In this document: positions 55,001 to 64,000 of the stretch, one piece after another
Numbering within the stretch: the first letter of the stretch is position 1
How the letters are laid out: the number at the start of each line of letters is the position of its first letter
From: Eledone cirrhosa
Lineage: Eukaryota
Direction of reading: 5' to 3'
Length of the DNA stretch: 64,000 nt
NCBI GenBank assembly: GCA_964016885.1
Contig: OZ024740.1
Location: forward strand, 304,668,001-304,732,000
Translations under genes and position numbers: made by a program
Notes under the pieces: model-generated
Database searches by the model: none
What the model was told of the DNA's origin: nothing
Seen by the model: only the letters and a program-made list of their open reading frames with translations

Positions 55001-58000
55001 CGATAGGTATGAAGGCATATATGATAGGTATGAAGGCATATGCGATATGTATGGAAGCATATACAATATGTATGGAGGCATATACGATCTGTATGGAGGC
55101 ATATACGATAGGTATGAAGGCATATATGATAGGTATGAAGGCATATGCGATATGTATGGAAGCATATACAATATGTATGGAGGCATATACGATATGCATG
55201 AAGGCATATATAATATGTATGGAGGCATATACGATATGTATGGAGCATATACGATATCATCATCATCATCATCACCGTTTTACATCCGTTCTTCCACGCC
55301 AGCATGGGTTAGACGGAGCATATATATATGTATGAAGGTATATACGATATGTATGGAGGTATATACGATATGTATGGGGGCATATACGATATGTAAGGAA
55401 GCATATACAATATGTATGAAGGCATATCTGATATGTATGATAAACTATGGAATTGTCCATCCTGTGCAAGCATGGAAAAATGGACATAAAATGACAACTC
55501 TAAATCTGTTTATCACTTTAGTATACCAGTAATACTATATATTACATTAACACAAATAATCACATTTGTACAATTCCTTGGTCTAGTATTAGCAGCGAAA
55601 TCTACCATCCATCTCTCTATAAAGAATGAAGATTTTCATATTGTTTCCAACTAATAATTAACCCTTTCATTACCATATTTCTAATGAAAACCACTGTCTA
55701 GGAATTTCAAATAATTTTGAAAATTGAGAATTTAGAAGGATATATTAAAAAACTATTTTTCTCATTATTAAGTTGGTGTTTGGAGTACAACTTAAATGTT
55801 CTTGAATAAAATGATGATGGAAGGTTTTTAGATAAATATAAGCACTTAAAAATAAACAGCTTTCTATCATAGAACCAAGGATGGTTTCAGGCATTTTGGT
55901 ATCAAAATGGTTTATATGTGTATATCACTAATTGTTTTATTAAATTAATCAAATATTTGCTTTGTGTACAGGACTTCTGGAAATTAACCCTGAAGTTTCT
56001 GAAGCTTTACATCAAGGCCAGCCTGTTGTTGCTCTAGAAAGTACCATCATAAGTCATGGCATGCCTTATCCACACAATCTCAGGTGAATACATTAAGAAC
56101 CTTTCACTTCATTTTGTTTATTTGATGCTAATGTGTGTTTATTTTAACTCTTAACATCCTGTGATGATTTAGCAGAAAATATTTTTAAATTGTCATCATC
56201 GATTAACGTCCATTTTCCATGCTAGCATGGGTTAGATGCGTTGTCTTATTTGAGGCAAGTCAGGTCAGGTGACGACCGTGTCTTGCTCATACAGAACTGT
56301 TTCTGGCTTGGTTTCTATGACTGGATGCCCTTCCTAACGCCAACCACTTTTACAGTGAGTGCTGGGTGCTTTTTGTCATGGCACCAACATGACCACTTTA
56401 CAGTGTGGACTGGTGACTTTAGTGGGGGGGGGGGGGGCATAGGTGTGTGTGTGAGGGGCAGAGTGTTAGGACATGTGTGAGGGGATAGTCTGCTAAAAAA
56501 GACCTGTCCAAGCCATGAGTGGAACGATACTCTGATGAAAAAGACCTGTCCAAGCAATCCAACCATGGAAAAGAGGATGTATAATGAAAATGAATGATGA
56601 TATATAAAAAAAATATGGATTTTTGTATTGCCATAAGAAAATAATGATTTCTTTATTATTTATTTTTATTTATTTTTATTTATTTTTAAACTGTTGTCTA
56701 ACTTTAGGACTGCCAAAAAAGTTGAGCAAATTGTCCGGAACAATCAATGTATTCCTGCAACAATAGCCATTCTAAATGGTAAAATCTGTGTTGGTAAGTA
56801 CTTTGGTTTTGGTAGAATATTTACTGGATGGCACTACTCATCATCATCATCATCATCATCATCATTTTATGTCCGCTTTTCCGTGCTTGCAAGGGTGGGA
56901 CGGGTCTTATTCAGCACAGCATCTGTCCACTTGTCACGGTCCTTCGTCATCTCCACCGTGAGCTTCAGCAATCTGAGGTCTGTTCTCACCACCTCCGCCC
57001 ATGTTTTTCGTGGTCTACCTCTACCACGTCTTCCTTCAACTGGCATTTTCTAACACTTCTTCATCCATTGGTCATCCTCCATGCGCATCACATGTCCATA
57101 CCACCGCAGTCTCCTCTCTCGCACACTACATCCTATCCCTCTCAGACACAGTTTCTCTCTCACTACATCCATGCTGGATTGTTCACGCACATTGACATTG
57201 CACATCCGACGGAGCATGCTTGCCTCATTTCTCTCCAGCCATCGCATATCCTCTGCAGTTGCTGCCCAAGTCTCACTACCATGCAGCATCGCGCTCCTCA
57301 CACTGGCATCATATAACCGGCCTTTCATACGCAGGGAGAAACCCTTCTTCGTCAGCAGAGGAAGCATCTCCCTAAACTTCTTCCAGCCCGTCCTTATTCT
57401 AGATACTATGGCCTCAGAACACCCCCCTCCCATGCTAATCTGATCTCTTAGGTACCGGAAGCTATCAACCACTTCTATAGCACCCGTCTGCATTTGAAAA
57501 ATGTGTCTATCAATGTGACTTCTACTGTCTAATTTCCCTGTACATCTACTGCTACTTCTATAAAATACTACATGTTGTGATAGTGCTTGTCATAATAATG
57601 GTAGGTGTAGACATAGTGGCTGGAATGGTAATGCTAGTGGTGGTAGTGATAGAAATGCTGGCAATTGTGGTGGATGTAATGTACCGAGGTGTCAGGTGAT
57701 GCCTGTGATGGTGCCCCTGGTTGTTTCAGCGCCTTAGCCTCGCCATCACTTGGCCTTACCAAGATGTCAGATGATGCCCGTGAGGGTGCCTGGTTGTTTC
57801 AGCACCTTAGCCTCGCCATCACCCATGTGATGGGGTGTGTGACCGAGTGTCACACTTAGTGGTGAATTGCTGGTTGTTTTTGTTTTTTGTTTTCTCTCTC
57901 ATTAATCATATATTTTTGTGCATTATATTTGTGAGGTTCCTAGCAATAATTAATTGTATTTATTATATGTGTTTATATTTGTGTCTGTATTTATACACAA

Positions 58001-60003
58001 TGAGAATTATACACAATTTGTAATGTTATTTATACAACTGTGAATAAAATTAAACCTTCAATAATGCCAATGGTAATTGTAAAGGTTACTGTGAGGTACT
58101 TGTGGTAACATTCGAAATTGTAGTGTGTAAAGGTAGGGTTGTAGTTCTGTGGATGTAGAATATCAGTATTAATGGTGAGGGTGCTGGCAGAGATGTAAAG
58201 TAAAAGACCCCCTTTGGTCATTAATGACCATGGGATTTGCACCTAGAAAGTTCTCCTCCGAGGCACAAGTCCGAGCAAGATTGTTTGTGGAAGACCAGCA
58301 GTTAACCATGCATACCAGTCTCCCCTCTCCACGCCAAATACATGAAATAAATTATCTTGCTCAAGAAATGCAAACCTAGTCCGAGAATCAAACTCACGAC
58401 TTCACGATGGAAGCCTGACACTCTAACCACTAAGCCATGTGCCTTCACTGGCAGGGATGTAGAAATGTGACATTAGAGGAAACAATCAGTAGTATTAAAT
58501 TTTTTATATAAAAATTGACATCCTGTGATATTAGAATAGACATACAGTGAGTAACGTTACTTAAAAGAGTGCATAGCTCAGAGATCAAAGAGTCACTCCA
58601 AGTTGAGTCGCTACTCCTCTGAATTGAGATAACACAGCTCTAGTACTATAGGCATGTGGTTAGAATGTCTCAGGAAAGAATTGCTGGACACATTGTATGG
58701 GCAAAACCAACTGGCAGGAGACCAGGGGTAGACCCCGAGCAAGATGGTTGGATAACATCCATGAGTTTGTCTGGTCTCACTTGGGGATATAGCCAGATTA
58801 GTTGGAGATGGTTGTTTCTGACAGGACCCACTGGAAAGAGTGTTTGAGGACTCTGCCCCCATCACTCTCTCAGGAATAAGTGGATGAAGAAGAAGATATC
58901 AGAACAAACGTGCTGTAATATTAAATATTTAATATTAGAATATAACTGCAATGGTATTAGATATTGAAATAAACATGCAGTGATATTTAATTTTAAAATA
59001 AGTATGTAGTGATATCAAATATTAGATATTAGAATATATATGCAATGATATTAGATACTCTTCTTCTCGATCATCAATCCCTCACTGGTGATTGGGGAGG
59101 CTGTCCTCTCAATCAATACACTGCTGTGGGTGCCACTGGATGATGGATTCCAATGATGACGTTCTTCCATGCTTTTCTAGCCATAGCACTAACCTTAGCA
59201 TGGTCGAGGTTGAGGCACTGTGATTTCAGGTCCTCCTTGATTTGTTTCATCAATGTCTTCATCGGTGTGCTGCTGCGCTGGATTCTCCAGTGCATGGGTC
59301 GCTGTCGTGACAAAAGTTGGTGTGGTAGTCTTCCAGTGCTCATCCTGCTGACATGGCCAAACCATTAGATATTATTAGAGCGTGGATTGGCAGTATCGGT
59401 AGAGGGTCGGACGCCATGCTTTGATGCAAAGAGTTACGTCCCTTTACGATCTGAGTTCAAATCCCGCTGAGGTTAACTTTGCCTTTCATCCTTATGTGGT
59501 CGATAAAATAAAGTACCAGTAACGCACTGGATAATTGCTGGCCTTGTGCCAAAAGTAGAAACAATTATTAGAACATATATGCAGTGATATTAGATATTAA
59601 AATAGATATGCAATGATTCTTAGATATTATATAGGGCGGTCGTTTGGCAGTATTGGTAGAGCGTCAGACACCATGCTTTGCAGCATAGAGTTATGGCTCT
59701 TTGTGTTCTGAGTTCAAATTCGCTGTGGTTAACTTTGCCTTTCATCCTTACGGGGTTCATAAAATAATGTACCAGTGATGCACTGGGTAATTGCTGGCCT
59801 TGTGCCAAAAGTAGAAACAATTTTATATTATAATAGATATACAATGATATATATTAAAATAGACATGTATTGATATTCCTATTTTTTTGTTTTTCTTTGA
59901 TAATTTTGCAGGACTTACTGGTCAACAACTTGAACAAGTTGCTGATCCAGCATTTGTCAGTCAGAAAGTATCTCGACGAGACTTACCTTATATTGTTGCA
60001 CAG
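51701..60003 (+). CDS. psuG: Pseudouridine-5'-phosphate glycosidase (PsuG/IndA family; probably the N-terminal half of a bifunctional glycosidase-kinase), 3' part outside the window
   Basis: Exons 51701-51773, 55972-56083, 56708-56793 and 59912-60003 join in frame; motifs [29 protein letters not shown] and KVSRRDL. Confidence 0.9.
51952..53420 (-). mobile_element. CR1-like LINE RT fragment with (TTA)n tail
   Basis: [37 protein letters not shown]. Confidence 0.9.
53575..54175. repeat. Degenerate 30-bp minisatellite (AGTGTACTAATGTAATATAG...) interrupted by a SINE
   Basis: Direct periodicity. Confidence 0.85.
53929..54111 (-). mobile_element. Full-length SINE family A with TTACTAATGTAATATA target duplication
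   Basis: Nearly identical to 47565-47746. Confidence 0.9.
54935..55440. repeat. 21-bp minisatellite (GCATATACGATATGTATGGAG)n, split by an RTE/SINE tail at about 55256-55318
   Basis: Direct periodicity. Confidence 0.92.
55972..56083 (+). CDS. psuG: PsuG-like exon ([36 protein letters not shown])
   Basis: Translated by hand; hallmark ESTIISHG motif; AG/GT, phase 1-2. Confidence 0.95.
56708..56793 (+). CDS. psuG: PsuG-like exon ([28 protein letters not shown])
   Basis: AG/GTAAGT, phase 2-1. Confidence 0.93.
56838..57550 (-). mobile_element. RTE LINE 3' fragment
   Basis: [17 protein letters not shown]...LHGSETW...WYGHVMRM; (CAT)n tail. Confidence 0.9.
59058..59366 (-). mobile_element. 3' fragment of another RTE-like LINE
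   Basis: [18 protein letters not shown] on the minus strand. Confidence 0.55.
59380..59822 (+). mobile_element. Two SINE family A copies (about 59380-59568 and 59636-59822)
   Basis: Family identity, boxes A and B. Confidence 0.85.
59912..60003 (+). CDS. psuG: PsuG-like exon ([30 protein letters not shown])
   Basis: AG/GTAAAG, phase 1-0; KVSRRD motif. Confidence 0.93.
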
Positions 60004-60309
60004 GTAAAGCTGATACCATTTACTTTAACTGATTACTTTACAGTTTGTATTGAACTAATATATCTATTTTCTTATTCTCATAAATATATTTTTTCCATAT
60101 TTGCAAGGAATGAATTCTGAAAATTCCTATCATTTGATGAATTGTTGGAAAACATATTTTATTCTTGGGTGGTGTTTCTTATAACAAACATATAACTGTA
60201 AAGGTGTAATAATATTTATAGCTAAAGAAACAGGGAATTATGAAAAGTTAGCTGGAAAGAGGTAAGGTTTGAAATCATATCTTTTAGATCAGTAATCCAG
60301 CTACTTAAC

Positions 60310-63300
60310 CATGCATGCGCAGTACAGACAAACTTTCGTGCATGCACAGTACGGATAAGCCTTTGCACATGCGCATTCGGACCAACCTTTGCGCATGCGC
60401 ACTACGGACCAACCTTCGCTTATGCACACTTCTGTTTGTAATGCGCATGTGCACACCGGACCAGCCTTCACACATGCACATTACAAACCAGCCTTCGTGC
60501 ATGTGCAGTATGGAGGATGAGCCTTTGAGCATGCACAGTACGAACCTTTCTTCATGCATGCGCAGTACAGACCAGCTTTGCGCATGCGCAGTAAGGACAA
60601 GCCTTCACGCATGTGCACTTCAGACCAGTTTTGCAAATGCGCACTTCGGACCAGACTTCACGCATGCACACTTCGGACCAGACTTCGCTCATGTGCACAT
60701 CGGACCGGACTTCACGCATGCGCACTTCGGACTTGACTTCGCTCATGCGCACTTCGGAACAGACTTCGCGCATGCGCAGTATGGACTAGCCTTCACGCAT
60801 GCGCAGTACGGACCAGCTTTACTGCATGCGCAGTATGGACCAGCCTTCGCGCATGCACACATCGGACCGGCCTTCGCACATGCACACTTCGAACCGGCCT
60901 TCGCACATGCACAGTACGGACCGGCCTTCACGCATGTTCAGTATGGAGTTGCCTTCGTGCATACGCAGTATAGACCAGCTTTCGCGCATGCGCAGTACGG
61001 ATCAGCCTTTGCGCATGCGCACTTCGGACCAACTTTGCGTATGCGCAATTCGGACCAACCTTCGCGTATTCACACTTCGGACTGGCCTTCACGCACGCGC
61101 ATTTCGGAGCAGACTTTGCGCATGCACAGTACAAAACCAGCCTTCATGCGTGCGCAGTATGGACGAGCTTCGCGCATGCGCAGTAGGACCTTCCTTCGCG
61201 CATGCGCGGTACGGACTAGCTTTGCGCATGTGCAGTAAGGACCAGCCTTCACGCATGTACTCTTTGGACTAGTTTCGCGAATGCGCACTTCGGTCCCTTC
61301 TTCACGCATGCGCACTTCCAACCAAACTTTGCGCATGCGCACTTCGAACCGGCCTTCGCGCATGCACAGTACGGACCAGCCTTCGCAAATGCGCAGTAAA
61401 GACTAGCTTTCGTGCATGCACAGTACTGATCAGCCTTTGCACATGCGCACTTCGGACCAACCTTCGCTTATGCACACTTCATTCCGCCCTTCGTGCATGC
61501 GCACTTCGGAGCAGACTGCGCATGTGCACTCCGGACGAGCCTTCGCGCATGCGCATTACAAACCAGCCTTCATGCATGTGCAGTACGCAAGAGCCTTTGA
61601 GCATGCACAGTACGAACCTTTCTTCGCGCATGCGCTGTACAGACCAGCTTTGCGCATGCGCAGTAAGGACAAGCCTTCACGCATGTCCTCTTCAGACTAG
61701 TTTTGCGAATGAGCACATCGGGCCGGACTTTGCGCATGCGCACTTCGAACCAGACTTCGCTCATGCGAACATCGGTCCAGACTTTGTGCATGCGCACCTC
61801 GGACCAGATTTCACGCATGCGCACCTCGGACCAGACTTCGCGCATGCCCAGTACGGACCAGCCTTCACGCATGCGCAGTACGGACTAGCCTTCGTGCATG
61901 CGCAGTATGGACCAGCCTTCGTGCATGCGCACTTCGGATCAGACTTCGCGCATGCACACTTCGGTCCGGCTTTCGCACATGCACACATTGGACCAAACTT
62001 TGCGCATGCGCACTTCGAACCGGTCTTCGCGCATGCACAGTACGGACCGGTCTTCGTGCATGCGCAGTATGGACTAGCCTTCGCGCATGCGCATTACGGA
62101 CCAGCTTTCGCGCATGCGCAGTACAGACCAGCTTTCGCGCATGCACAGTATGGATCAGCCTTTGCGCATGCGCAGTTCGGACCAACCTTTGCGCATGCAC
62201 ACTTCGGACTGGCCTTCGCGCACGCGCACTTCGGAGCAGACTTTGCGCATGTGCACTCCGGACCAGCCTACGCGCATGCACAGTACAAAACCAGCCTTCG
62301 CGCATGCGCAGTAAAGACTAGCTTTCGTGCATGCGCAGTTCTGATCAGCCTTTGCACATGCGCACTTCGGACCAACCTTCGCTTATGCACACTTCATTCT
62401 GGCCTTCGTGCATGCGCACTTCGGAGCAGACTGCGCATGCGCACTCTGGACAAGCCTTCGCGCATGCGCATTACAAACCAGCCTTCGTGCATGTGCAGTA
62501 CGGACGAGCCTTTGAGCGAGCATTCACAGTACGAACCTTTCTTCGCGCATGCGCAGTACAGACCAGCTTTGCGCATGCGCAGTAAGGACAAGCCTTCATG
62601 CATGTCCACTTCGAACCAGTTTTGCGAATGCGCAATTCGGACCAGACTTCGCGCATGCACACTTCGGACTGGCCTTCACGCACGCGCATTTCGGAGCAGA
62701 CTTTGCGCATGTGCATTCCGGACCAGCCTACGCGCATGCACAGTACAAAACCAGCCTTCGTGCATGCGCAGTACGGACGAGCTTCGCGCATGCGCATTAG
62801 GACCTTCCTTCGCGCATGCGCAGTACGGACTAGCTTTGCGCATATGCAGTAAGGACCAGCCTTCGCGCATGTGCTCTTTGGACTAGTTTCGCGAATGCGC
62901 ACTTCAGACCAGACTTCGCGCATGCGCACTTCGGACCAAACTTCGCGCATGCGCACTTCGAACCGGCCTTCGCGCATGCACAGTACGGACCAGCCTTCGC
63001 AAATGCGCAGTAAAGACTAGCTTTCGTGCATGCGCAGTACTGATCAGCCTTTGCACATGCGCACTTCGAACCAAACTTGCGCATGCGCACTACGGACCAA
63101 CCTTCGCTTATGCACACTTCATTCTGGCCTTCGTGCATGCGCACTTCGGAGCAGATGCGCATGTACACTCCGGACCAGCCTTCGTGCATGTGCAGTACGC
63201 AAGAGCCTTTGAGCATGCACAGTACGAACCTTTCTTCGCGCATGCGCAGTACAGACCAGCTTTGCGCATGCGCAGTAAGGACAAGCCTTCACGCTTGTCC

Positions 63301-64000
63301 TCTTCGGACCAGTTTTGCGAATGCGCACATCGGGCCGGACTTCGCGCATGCGCACTTCGGACCAGACTTCGCTCATGCGAACATCGGACCAGACTTTGTG
63401 CATGCGCACCTCGGACCAGATTTCACGCATGCGCACTTCGGACCAGACTTAACGCATGCCCAGTACGGACCAGCCTTCACGCATGCGCAGTACGGACCAG
63501 CCTTCGCGCATGCGCAGTACGGACCAGCCTTCGTGCATGCGCAGTATGGACCAGCCTTCGCGCATGCGCACTTCGGATCAGACTTCGCGCATGCACACTT
63601 CGGACCGGCTTTCGCACATGCACACATTGGACACAACTTCGCGCATGCGCACTTCGAACCGGTCTTCAGCATGAACAGTACGGACCGGCCTTCGCGCATG
63701 CGCAGTATGGACTTGCCTTCGCGCATGCGCATTACGGACCAGTTTTCGCGCATGCGCAGTACAGACCAGCTTTCGCGCATGCGCAGTATGGATCAGCCTT
63801 TGCGCATGCACACTTCGGACCAACCTTTACGCATGCGCAATTCGGACCAACCTTCGCGTATGCACACTTCGGACTGGCCTTCGCGCACGCGCACTCGGAG
63901 CAGACTTTGCGCATGTGCACTCCGGACCAGCCTACGCGCATGCACAGTACAAAACCAGCCTTCGCGCATGCGCAGTACAGACTAGCTTTCGTGCATGCGC
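60310..64000. repeat. CpG-rich ~27-bp satellite (CCTTCGCGCATGCGCAGTACGGACCAG)n, about 135 copies, open at the right edge
   Basis: Direct periodicity with palindromic GCGCATGCGC core and recurring blocks of variants. Confidence 0.97.

Noticed and set aside
60315-63985. His/Ala-rich repeat protein (AFAHAQYGP)n
   Set aside because: ORFs occur in all frames on both strands with frequent frameshifts; best explained as non-coding satellite

Overview
AT-rich, repeat-dense animal genomic DNA; the repeat landscape suggests a coleoid cephalopod such as Octopus (inference, not proven). It holds two intron-rich genes arranged head to head. On the minus strand is an AidB/ACAD11-like acyl-CoA dehydrogenase (11 coding exons traced with consistent GT-AG phases, 35785 to 7150, continuing off the left edge). 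On the plus strand is a pseudouridine-5'-phosphate glycosidase (PsuG-like) gene (4 coding exons, 51701-60003, continuing off the right edge). The introns contain a young Penelope-like element with 959-bp inverted arms, a small non-coding element of the same architecture, RTE, CR1, R4/Dong and CRE LINE remnants, two tRNA-derived SINE families, a TRIM and a solo LTR, two Helitrons nested in a TTAA MITE, TA-target MITEs, a Tigger remnant and three large satellites. The most interesting signals are two atypical hammerhead-ribozyme-like motifs with large loop insertions in the Penelope-like elements, TG...AA LTR termini in two unrelated families, a PHD finger inside an RTE ORF, and satellites with possible regulatory content. 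All calls are by eye; no searches or folding were run.
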